Of a stretch of DNA of 64,000 nt, positions 35,001 to 47,000 are shown piece by piece. The DNA comes from Antechinus flavipes. Taxonomy: Eukaryota. The first letter of the stretch is position 1. Each line of letters starts with the position of its first letter. The position numbers and the translations under genes were made by a program. The stretch is taken from positions 930,001 through 994,000 of the forward strand of contig NC_067398.1 in assembly GCF_016432865.1 (NCBI RefSeq), read 5' to 3'. The notes beneath the pieces were generated by a model. The model saw only the letters and a list, made by a program, of their open reading frames with translations, was not told the origin of the DNA and did no database searches.

Positions 35001-38000
35001 GAGACTGGGACCAGAATCTTCGGGGCAGAATCCCTGGTGTCTGGGGGACTCCCTGCCAGCCCCGGGGTTCCCAGGCCCCAGGATCGGCCGGACCTTGGGC
35101 ACCGACTGGCTCTGGCTCTGCCCTCATCACATGCTGGGATCCCGCCAAGCGATGGCTCCCGCGTCCCTCGCGGCAGCCAGGCGGCGGCTTGGCGGTCATA
35201 GGTGTGATGTCATTGGCTGGAGCTCTGGGGAATGACATCATGTGTATGGCTGCTAAACTGCTGCATGGGACACCGCTGAGGGCCCCCCCGGCGGCCAGGC
35301 CACAGGCAGCATCTGTCCCCACCCCCAGCCACGGGATCGGGGGCAGCCACGGGGAGCTGAGCCAACCTCGTCTTCATCCCTCCCTGGAAACGGCCCTTGT
35401 GCTTTAGCAAAGCAGACTCACGAGGCGCAGAAGGGAGAACGTCCCAGGGAAGCCGGAAAGAAGCAGCTGCTGCCTGTCCCGTCGGGAGGTGGCTGTCCAG
35501 CTGGAACGGCCAGAGGGGCCGGAGGGTCCAGAAGAAGCCCCCTCCCCAGGAAGAGGAGGAGAGGCTCCCACTGACATAGGGGCTCTCAGCGGGGGTCCAG
35601 GAGGCCATCACGCCCACTCAGGCCCGTTTCCTCAAGGGGAGAAAAGGGCCCAAGCTGGGGGGGAGACGCTTTTCCCACAGGGAAGCTTGGCTGGAGGCCA
35701 GAGAGGGGCGGCGGGCATGGCCACAGTCCCTTAGAGACCATGCTCATTTGCCCTGTTAAGTGCTATCATCGCACTCAACTACCGCTAATGGATGCTGGTT
35801 CCTAGGCCTAATCAGAAACTCTGGTAGAAATAACGTCAATCTTCCCTGTGTTGTGAGGTCCCCAGAAGCTCCGGCCGCTCTCATCCGGACGCAGATTGAG
35901 CACAACAGAGCTCCCGAGAGTTTGGGCTCAGACATCATTCTCGTGGTCTACAACCTCTGCACTATCTCGGTATCGCTCCCCAGGGCCGAGCTCCAGGTGG
36001 AAAAGAGACGTCAAGTCCCTCCTCCTCTGGGCTTATGTGGGTCCATGAGGTCACAGGCATAAGCCAATCGATGATGAAGATCGCCCCCTGAACTTGACGC
36101 GATGTCAGAGTGGGATTTTAGGATTCCGGCCATGGCTGGAGGTCCCCCCCACGTACTCATCCCCAATCACATCCAGGGACCTTGAGACCATTGGCTTACT
36201 TACATCCCAATTGCACTTGCCTGACCTTTCTAATGGACCCTTACAACCTTCCCCAGCAGCTTCCTCTGACCCCCAGGATGAAAGACAAAGTCCTCTGGGA
36301 CATCACAAACCTTCACAACCTCAGCTGTCCCTCAGCTCCTTCCATAGAAAGCACTGCCCCTCAGACCACCCAGCCTGACCAGCCTTCCTCTTCCTCACTC
36401 TTCATTCCATCCCCCGCCTTTATTTTCCCCTGGGGGGGGGGGGCTTCTGTCCCAGGACAGGGCTCCTTCCTTGGTTAGGGATGCTCAGAGATCCTGGAGG
36501 GAAGGAGGGGAGTCTCCCAGGCCCGTTCTGCTCCCACCCTCCGCCAAGCACAGCCCTCCCCTTTGTATCCAGGTGCTGTCCTCTGGCCTGGCCTCCTCTC
36601 TCAATGACTCCGAGCCCACCCTGGAGCCCGAGGTCATCACGGATGTCTCGCCGGAGCGCCAGAAGATCGTGGATGCCCAGTTCAAGTGCTTCGAGCGAAT
36701 GAACAGCAAGCCCCCCTACCAAAAGACAGGTAACCTTGGGAGGCGGCTGGGCCGGGGGACTGGGCCAGGGCCTGTCACTCCCCCATCTGGCCTCCCTCCC
36801 ACCTCCCGACCCCCCACATTCTCGGAGGCCAGGCCTGGAACTTCTGGCTGAGCTCCCAGCATATCCTTCCCTTGCTCCACATCCCCCCCCCCCCAGAGAT
36901 TCAGAAGCCGGAAGCCTCCTTCCAGCCCCCACGGCTCCTGGGACATAGTGGCTGCAATCCTTTGCCCATCATGCCTTTGAGCTGGGTTGGGGGGGTTGGG
37001 GGAGGTTGGAGCAGGTCCAGGAAGCATTGGGGGCAGGGGGTGTGTCCAGGCTTCCTCAGCCCAAGTCCTTTTGCTCCTTAGCCCAAAGGACACAAGGAGG
37101 GCAGCCTTGCAAAGGGGAGTCCAGCCAGGAGGAAACGAGGGGACACATGTCTCTTCTCTTGTCCAGGAAGCTGTGGTTGGACCCCTTCACAAAGCACATG
37201 TTCCAGGCAAACCCATGGGTTGGGGCAGCATCTTTCCTTATTTGTAACTCCAAGTTATCTCCTTTTTTCTTTTTTTTACTCATCTTTTACTGGTATATTC
37301 TTGTTTCCAATTACATGTAGACAGGGTTTTCAATGTGCATTTTTGCAGGATTTTGAGTTCCAGATTTTCCCCCTCCCTACAATCTCCTTTTGTTTTTCAA
37401 CATAATTCAGTTTGACAACTTCTTGCAAATCTGAATCAAGCCTGGTATTTTTTTTGGGGGGGGAAGAATCACAAAGAGAGAGACAGACAGATGGGCAGAT
37501 GAAAAGCCATCCAGGGTCACCGAACTCCCCCCCCCCCCACTTCAGTTCCCTCCTGGGTAAAAGGGAGTGACAGGGCTGGAGCATCTCCCTGCCAGGGTCA
37601 CTTAGCAGAAATCTTGACTGCACCAACAGAAAGAACACGACTCCTCTGGGGCAGAGGCTTGTGGGACAGGGAGCCCCCTGCAAGTCTGGGAAGGGTTGTC
37701 ATGAGCCTTGCTCTGCCTGGTCCCAAACTGTAGAACTGGAAAAATGAAGAGACATCACCCAGAAGAAGAAGTCCCCTCGAGAAGTCCCCTGTGTCATAGT
37801 GGGGTCCCTTGGGGGTATTTAGAGCGGAAATAGAGGCCACTGGAAACCTGCGCATTCATCCTCAAAGCCATCCTGACCCCAAGCTGCCTGAACTCCCAGG
37901 GGAAGGGGCAGGTCAGAGTGGCAGGAGCCATGGCTATCCCCATGGTTGGACCTCCAGGGAACTCGGGCCCCCCCGGGTACAATGAGGAGCTGTTGGAAGT

Positions 38001-41000
38001 CTGTTGGAGACACGGGGTCTCCAGATAAACATGGCTCCGCCCCACCATTGAGCCACTGCATTTGTCTTCCCTGAGGGCAGCGGGGCTGCTGGAGGGGCCG
38101 GGGCTGACCTTGCTCTTTTTCCCTTGCTAGGTCTGTTTTGTAACCGCACGTGGGATGGATGGCTCTGCTGGGACGACACACCCGCCGGGAGGGTCTCTGT
38201 GCAGAACTGTCCCGACTACTTCCCCGACTTTGATCCAACAGGTAAAGGATGGTAAAGAAGCAGACTTAGGCTAGAGACCAGGGCAGGTGTCCCCCGGAGG
38301 AGAACTGTCCCCACATGGAAGGAGACAAGTCAGGGGGCTCCCCCACTGGAGCAGAGAGTGGGGACACTAGGCGAGCACCTTATGGAGGTGACGCTGATTC
38401 CGGTCGGGGTCAGTCCGGGTGCCTTGAGCTCCCTGCCAAGTCTGGGCTGAGAAGATTCAGATGGTCTGGGGAGTGATTGAGACACAGAAGAGGGAAAGCT
38501 GCTGGGCCCTCCGTTCCCCAGAGCACCCTGGGGTGCCGGCAGAAACACTCTTGCTGAGAGACAAGGGCTGGTGGCTGCTTGCTTTGGTTTCCCCTCTGAA
38601 AGCCATCCCGATAGCACAGGGGTCGCCCCCTCCCCAGGCTCGCTCTGTGCCCTTTCCATCTGTGAGTGGGCACAGCTGCTTCCCCATCCCAGACACTGCT
38701 TGAGCCTGCATCCCGTTGTCATGGCACCCTCACCCTGGCCTCCTGTCAGCACCTCGGCCTGGAGAACCGGTTCCCTTTTCGGAGAGGGCAGATGTTGGTC
38801 TGACATCCACCAGGGCAGGGTCCGAGCAGGTGGCTGGCCTTCGTGAGGGTCTCAAAGGCTGGGTCCCCACAGTGACCCCCAGGAAACCCCAGGGACAACC
38901 AGCAGCACTGAGCAGCAGTTTTCACTCTGAGTTTCACTCCAGAGTTCTTTTCAGGAAGGAGGGGAATGATTACAGGTTAAGGGAAAGGAGAGGCCAGAGG
39001 AACTGGCTCTTACATCCCGGGTCCCGGTCTTTGTCCCAAGAAGGGGCAGTCCCAAAGATCGCCCCAGCCAGGGTGCTGCTGTCCCTGGTGCTGACCCCCG
39101 GTCTCTGGTCCAGGAGCAGAGGATGGCGTCTCCCCAGTCCAGTGGGAAGCAGCGCATGTTCCGAACGCCCTTGGAGCGGACCAGCTTCCCCCTCCTGAGT
39201 TCCTGGTACTTACGGTTCCTATTGGGTTCCATTTTTACAGAACAGGCCTCCAAGTACTGCGATGAGCATGGGAACTGGTTCCAGCATCCCGAGAGTAACC
39301 GGACATGGTCCAACTACACCCTGTGCAACTCCTTCACGTCAGAGAAGCTGAAGGTGAGCTCAGCTCTAGCCCCTAACAGGTGGAAAGGCGGGGCTTGCGC
39401 CCTCAGTGTAGAGGATGGGCAGTGACCAAAGGGCCGGGGGGGACTGAGCCTCCCAGGGCTCTAGGGAAGCTCCCGGGCCACTGCCTGTCCTCCAGCTGAG
39501 GGTCAGAAGAGAAGAAGGTCCCCTCCCCCTACCCACTAAACCAGATCTGCCTTAGAGATGCCCAAAGCGGTGGAGAGGAGCACCAAATTCCCGGACTGGA
39601 CAGCCCTCTCCCCCTCCCTCCACAATCTCTCCTGGGAAGCCTGAGCCACGCGCATCAGCAAGTTTGGCCGGGAGATGACAAGCCCGCGTGAGCACTGGGA
39701 ACAGCAGAGGGGCTCCTGGCCTTTTGAAATCTGGGAAGAGCGGGGGACACACTTCGCCTATAGGCAGAAAAATCAGTTGGGGTCATTCCTGGCATCCAAG
39801 CCCTTTGGCGGCTCCTGGGGATGGCAGCAGGACTTCAGTCCCGTCCTACCCAGCATCCCAAGCACTGAGTCTGGCCTGGAAACACTGTGGGCTTTCTGGG
39901 ATGTCCAGAATTGGAGGAAGGAGGAGGGAGTTTTGTTTTTATTCAGAAGAAATCCTTGGCTGAGCTAGCAGAGGTCCTGAGTGCCTCCTGGTCCGGACTG
40001 CATGGGGGCCTGGGCTGAGAGGTCCCGAGCCCATAGCCCGAGCATGTGGTCCTTGATCCTCCTCTGAATGGAGACGTGTCGGGCTAGTCTGCTCTGGCTG
40101 GATGCTCACTGAGTCGTCACCTACTGATTAACTTGCCACAAGCCCCTGGGCCCCTTGGTCAAGTGCACCACCTTCCCCACAACGGGCTTCAGGCCACCTT
40201 GAACGGCAGCCCTACCGTGCTCCCCACACACTGGCCTGAGATTGCAGTGGTAGCAACCACGACGGAACGAACTCGAGAGCCAGCCCCTTGGCAGGACACC
40301 TCCCCGTGCCCGCTTCCTTGGTGCCTTCTGGCAGGAGCGACACCTCCCCGTGCCCGCTTCCCTGGTGCCTTCTGGCAGGAGCGACACCTCCCCGTGCCCG
40401 CTTCCCTGGTGCCGTCTGGCAGGAGCGACACCTCCCCGTGCCCGCTTCCCTGGTGCCTTCTGGCAGGAGCGACACCTCCCCGTGCCCGCTTCCCTGGTGC
40501 CTTCTGGCAGGAGCGACACCTCCCCGTGCCCGCTTCCCTGGTGCCTTCTGGCAGGAGCGACACCTCCCCGTGCCCGCTTCCCTGGTGCCTTCTGGCAGGA
40601 GCGACACCTCCCCGTGCCCGCTTCCCTGGTGCCTTCTGGCAGGAGCGACACCTCCCCGTGCCCGCTTCCCTGGTGCCTTCTGGCAGGAGCGACACCTCCC
40701 CGTGCCCGCTTCCCTGGTGCCTTCTGGCAGGAGCGACACCTCCCCGTGCCCGCTTCCCTGGTGCCTTCTGGCAGGAGCGACACCTCCCCGTGCCCGCTTC
40801 CCTGGTGCCTTCTGGCAGGAGCGACACCTCCCCGTGCCCGCTTCCCTGGTGCCTTCTGGCAGGAGCGACACCTCCCCGTGCCCGCTTCCCTGGTGCCTTC
40901 TGGCAGGAGCGACACCTCCCCGTGCCCGCTTCCCTGGTGCCTTCTGGCAGGAGCGACACCTCCCCGTGCCCGCTTCCCTGGTGCCTTCTGGCAGGAGCGA

Positions 41001-44000
41001 CACCTCCCCGTGCCCGCTTCCCTGGTGCCTTCTGGCAGGAGCGACACCTCCCCGTGCCCGCTTCCCTGGTGCCTTCTGGCAGGAGCGACACCTCCCCGTG
41101 CCCGCTTCCCTGGTGCCTTCTGGCAGGAGCGACACCTCCCCGTGCCCGCTTCCCTGGTGCCTTCTGGCAGGAGCGACACCTCCCCGTGCCCGCTTCCCTG
41201 GTGCCTTCTGGCAGGAGCGACACCTCCCCGTGCCCGCTTCCCTGGTGCCTTCTGGCAGGAGCGACACCTCCCCGTGCCCGCTTCCCTGGTGCCTTCTGTG
41301 AGGGACCAGCTGCCCACAAAGCCCAGCAAGGACACGCCTCACAGGAGCCCTTTAAAGAAATTCCAATGTGAAGAGAAGGCAAAGACTTGCCGCAGATTTA
41401 GCTCACTCAATGTCTATGGGTCGCCCAAGAGAACTTTCACCATGGGCCCCAAGGGCAGGGTCTCCCTGGGAGAACTTGGCGTTCTCAGGCCAGAAGATGT
41501 GGAAAGCTGCTGCAGCTGCTGCTGGGGGTGGGACAGAAGGGCAGGATCCCCTCAGGGTGGGAAAGCGGCAAGAAGCCTCTCGTTTGGTGGCTCCCTTGGC
41601 AGGAACAACACAGGGACAACAGGGGAGAAGATTCAGGGCTGGGGACCCGCCGCAGAGGGGACAGAAGCCAGCGGCGCACTCGGTGAGCCCCTCCAAATAA
41701 GCTACCCCCTCCCCAGCTTGTGCCTTCCACGCCAAAGCCAACGTCCATCAGTCTGTCTGATGCCCCATGAGCTGGAGGACGGGGTTTGGAATAAAGGAAC
41801 TAGAGAAACCACGGGCCAGGGGTGACTGGGAAGCCTCGTGTTTGTAATGTCTGGAAAGGAGGCTTCTGAGGAGATCTGGACGCGGCGTGGAAGCCATCGA
41901 GGGCTCTCCGGACTGAGCAGAAGTGGCGAGGGATTGAGAGGGGAACAGCCAGAGGAGGAGCGGTCCTGGCTCAGTCCTCCGTAGCTTGGAGCAAAAGTCA
42001 GAGCCGGCGCCATCTTAGGGGAGGACGACGGAGAGTCAGGCAGGACGTCTCTGAGCCCACCTCCGTCCAACCTGGACTCCCAGGAGGCAGCGAGCGGAAG
42101 TGAGATCCCAGCCGAGAGAATCCCCAGCTACAGACATGTCACAGCGACGGCCTGGGAGCTGTCCCGGGAGTGCTGCGGGAGGGAGCGATGGCCCGGACCG
42201 GACACCTTCCCTCTGGTGGGAATGTTTTTAAACACCGTCTATTTTAATCATCTTGTGAAAGAAAAGTCAGAACCAAAGGGGAAATGAGAAGGAAAAAGCA
42301 CGGGCCAAAGGAGAAGACGCCGCGCTCTGACCCCCATTCAGCCTTCGGACTTTTTCCATCCCAAGCCTGTTGGAATCTCTCGGGTCCTCTCGGGTCACTT
42401 TCTTCCTGAGAAGAGCCCAGCCTCCTATCGCTTCCGGGGGAATCGTGGGCAGGGAACTGTTCCGAAACGTGCCCTGGGAGGACGGCCGCTTCTTGCTTGG
42501 GATTCAAGCTTGCGGGGAAAGCGGCTGTAGACCTGAGGTCCCGAGGAGGATCAGGGCCCGCTCACTGACGCTGCGACCAAGCTATTGTCAGAATTATTAG
42601 AGAAATGCGTCACTGATCATAGAGAAAACAGACTATCCACCCGGTCACTTGTTATCTTCGGATAAAGCAACGATTCCGTGGCAGCGGATCCCCCGTGAAG
42701 TGCCATTGCCCAAGCGGTGACCTTGTCCGAGCCCTGGTCCTCTGGCACTCCCGACCGGCCTGCACCCCAGCTGGGGACTCCCGGGCACCCGAAGCCCCAG
42801 TTGTGAGGAGGCGATCACGTTGTGCGGCCGGGCCGCCAGCGCCCCAGGGCAGTGACGCACTGGTCCCGGGAGGAGTCTCTCACTGAGGAGAGGGAGGACG
42901 GCCAGCCTTCAGGGAGCAGCATCAGCGCAAGTGGCCAAACCCCGGGGAAAGTCCCAGTGTGGCCCCTCAAGGGACTCAAGGGCTCCCCATTCAGCCGGGG
43001 GGAGGTGACAGGAAAATGGTTACGGACCAACCGGGGGAGATTACAAGGCACGGGCGTCAGGGGGCATCAGGGGCCGAAGAAGGCAAGATCTGGAACGAGA
43101 CTCGCAGGGGAAGCCGGGGCACAGAGGAGGGAGGGCGGAGCCCGGGGCCGGCCAGACAGCGGAAGGGGTGGGGTCCAGGAAGGGGTGTTTGGGGGGGCTG
43201 CAATAGGTCAACGCGAGTCACGGGGTCTGCAGAGGAGAGTGCGGGAGAGTAAGGTGGGGGGAGGAGAGAGTGTGGGAGAAGAGGAACAGTTGCTGTGGGG
43301 GCTCAGAAAGCTGGAGAGCGGGGTTTGGTCCCCCACACAGTGGGCAAGACCAGGCCGTACTTTCAGGCAGCCCAGGGGAGGCCTGCCAGGGCTCTCTCCC
43401 GCAGCATTCCCCGGATAGCTCCAGGAGCCTCATCCAACCCCTGAGTCCAAGAGTCAAAGGAGAGACTCCTACCCGGCCCACAGCCTACTCGCCCTGCTCT
43501 GGGGCTGCAAGAGATAAAGGTCCTCGTGGAGCCGGAGGCTCAGCCACGTGTCTGCAAGGCGGCCCCCAGCACCAGGGCCCAGTCCCTTCTTTCCATTCAA
43601 AGCATAGACGGGAGGCTGGATGAGGGACCAGATTTCCAGACCCAGCCCTTCAGTTTAGAGGGGAAGCTGGGTCCTGAGAAGGGGGGAGCTGGGACCTGAG
43701 GGGGGGAAGTAGGTCCTGAGGGGGGGACGACTGGGTCCTGGGGGGGACGACTGGGTCCTGGGGGGGGAGCTGGGTTTTGAGGAGGGGGAGCTGGGTCCTG
43801 AGGGGGGGAGCTGGGTTTTGAGGAGGGGGAGCTGGGTCCTGAGGGGGGGAAGCTGGGTCCTGAGGGGGGGAAGCTGGGGTCTGAGGAGGGGGAGCTGGGT
43901 CCTGAGGGGGGGAGCTGGGTTTTGAGGAGGGGGAGCTGGGTCCTGAGGGGCGGGGAGCTGAGTCCTGAGGCAGGGAAGGGCCTTAATGCTTTTTAGGAAG

Positions 44001-47000
44001 ATGAACTTCCTCCCAGCACACTGGGGGTCTGGTCTGAGGCAGCGCTGGCCTTAAGGGAGCCTCGGAAGCCAAAGGAAGTCCAGAGAGCCCCAGGAGGGCC
44101 GGCCCCCTTCTCCCCCTGTGAGGTGCTGGTACAAGGCCAGCTGGGCCAGGCGTGGGTCCCCCAGCAGCTGTGACCCCAGAGACTGTCATGGAGGGGGCCC
44201 AGGGAGGAAAAAACAAGCCAGCCCTAAGCCTGGGAGGTCCAGGTGCAGGAAGAGATGGATCGGGCCCTGGGGAGGAGGGAGGCTCACCGAGGAGCACCCG
44301 CCTCCCCCAGCCCTCGCCTCCCCATTCAGGGCTCCGTCCAGGGCCCAGTGGTCCGTGCCCACCGCCAAGGCTCCTCCCGGGCCGTGGGCCCGCTCCAAGA
44401 TGTCCTGCCCGCACAATAATGCGCCAGTCTCGGGTTTGCAAACCCTCAGAGGGGCGTCCTGGACCAGGACTGGGGTCGGGGTGGGCCCGAAAGGCAAGGC
44501 CTGGCGGGGGTGGGCGGGGCGGGCAGACCTTGGCCACGGCTCCCTTCTCTTCCAGGTGGCGTACATCCTCTACTACATGGCGCTGGTGGGCCACGCCTTG
44601 TCCATCGCCTCCCTCCTCAGCTCCCTTGGGATCTTGTTCTATTTCAAGTGAGTGCTTTCCAGGGTTGGGGGGGGCTGCAGGACCACCTGCCCTTCTCCCT
44701 CTGTCTCATCGCTTCCCCTTGGTGTGACCACAAGGGCAGGAAGGACCCTGGCGCAGGGGGAAAGGACTCGTGGCTCCACGAGTTTGGCCCGATACCCATA
44801 AAGTCTGAGGGGACAAGGGGGGGGGCGCTGTCAGCTGCCATCTCCAGTGACGCTGTGGGGGAGGGGTTAGGTCTGTTCTGCCTGACCCCAAAGGGCAGAA
44901 TCTGGGGTGGGGGAAGCAGATTTAAGCTCAGGGTGAGAAGAAACACCCCAGTGGTGAGAGCTGTGTCCATGGGAGGGGTCAAGCAAAAGCTCCCTGAGGG
45001 TAGGGGAGACCTGTAGCCTTAGGGCCTAGAGGGAGCGCTTGGTCAGCCCAGGGAGTGCTGCAATTGTCTGAGCCGGGGGAGGCAGCTCAGGGGAGCCTGA
45101 GCTGGGGAGCTGCCCAAGTCCTTCCAAGGAATCCCGGGAAAAGGATTCGCTGCAGACTTGGGAGAATCCTGTCAATCCGCATGAGCTGCCGAGTTTTTAG
45201 CTAACTGGGGCCCGCGGCGGATTTCCTGATTCCAGATCTTAGTGAATGTGACATGCTGGACAGCCTTGGGCTGCACGTGGCATCTGGGTCCGGCCCGAGG
45301 CCAGCTGGGTTTCAGGTGCCTCTGCCCCCCTCCCTGAGAGTGCCAGGCGTGGGGTCAAGAGAGGGAGGGAAGCATCCCCAGCCCCAGCAGCTGGAAGCGC
45401 CCCCTCCCCCTCACCGGCCTCGGCTCAAAGCCATTCTCACTGACCAAAGAGCTCTGAGTCCCACCGAAGCCGCCAGGGAGGCAGCTCTGCGAGCTTCCGG
45501 GGCCAAATAAATGCATAAAGAGGCAAGAGGGTCTCCTCGCGGAGTTAGCCGGGGAAAGCCAGAAGCTCATAAAGCAGCCGACCCCGGGGCTCCTTGCTCG
45601 ACCTGCAGTGGGAGAGTTCATTCACTCACACACACTCACACTCTCACACACTCATACTTACACACACACACACACTCACTCTCACAGTCACTCTCACACA
45701 TTCACTCTCACACTCACACACTTACACACTCACACACTTACACACACTCACTCATTCTCACACACTCACACTCTCACACTCACACTTGCTCACACTCACA
45801 CACTTACACACACTCACACTCACTCATTCTCACACACTCACACACACTCACACTCACAGTCACTCTCACACTCACACTCACACTCACTCTCACACACTTA
45901 CACACACACTCATTCTCACACACTCACATTCTCTCACACTTACACACAGTCACATTCACTCATTCTCACACACTCACACACTCGCACACACACTCACTCT
46001 CACAGTCACTCACACACTCACTTACACACACACACTAACACTCTCACACACTCACTCTCACACATTCACTCACACACACTCACACACACTCATACTCTCT
46101 CACACTCACACACTTACACATACTCACTCATTATCACACACTCACTCTCACAGTCACTCACACACACTCACTCTCACAGTCACTCACACACTCACTCTCA
46201 CACTCACTTACGCACACACTCACACTCTCACACACACTCTCACACATTCACTCACACACTCATACTCTCTCACACTCACACACTCACTCATTCTCACACA
46301 CTCACACACTCACACACACACTCACTCTCACAGTCACTCACACACTCACTCTCACACTCACTCACACACTTACACACACACTCACTCACTCTCACACACT
46401 CTCACACACACTCACACACACACTCTCACACTCACTCACACACTCACTCTCACACTCACGCACACACTCACACTCTCACACACACTCTCACACATTCACT
46501 CACACACACTCATACTCTCTCCCACTCACACACTTACACANNNNNNNNNNNNNNNNNNNNNNNNNNNNNNNNNNNNNNNNNNNNNNNNNNNNNNNNNNNN
46601 NNNNNNNNNNNNNNNNNNNNNNNNNNNNNNNNNNNNNNNNNNNNNNNNNNNNNNNNNNNNNNNNNNNNNNNNNNNNNNNNNNNNNNNNNNNNNNNNNNNN
46701 NNNNNNNNNNNNNNNNNNNNNNNNNNNNNNNNNNNNNNNNNNNNNNNNNNNNNNNNNNNNNNNNNNNNNNNNNNNNNNNNNNNNNNNNNNNNNNNNNNNN
46801 NNNNNNNNNNNNNNNNNNNNNNNNNNNNNNNNNNNNNNNNNNNNNNNNNNNNNNNNNNNNNNNNNNNNNNNNNNNNNNNNNNNNNNNNNNTCTCACACAC
46901 ACTCACTCTCACACACACTTACACACACACTCATTCTCACACACTCACACACACTCACACTCTCACACACACTCACTCTCACACTCACACACTTACACAC

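Noticed and set aside
27229-35368. Shared 14-mer AGCTGAGCCAACCT at 27229 and 35355
   Set aside because: Several 14-mer matches are expected by chance in 64 kb.
36071-36220. C/D box snoRNA (ATGATGA at 36071, CTGA at 36088)
   Set aside because: No suitably placed terminal D box or terminal stem.
40289-41298. CRISPR-like array
   Set aside because: Head-to-tail repeats with no unique spacers, in eukaryotic DNA; the same applies to the other arrays.
40121-41825. Six ORFs of 337-491 aa
   Set aside because: Products of a stop-free 44-bp tandem repeat (44-aa period); no domain and no splice or promoter support.
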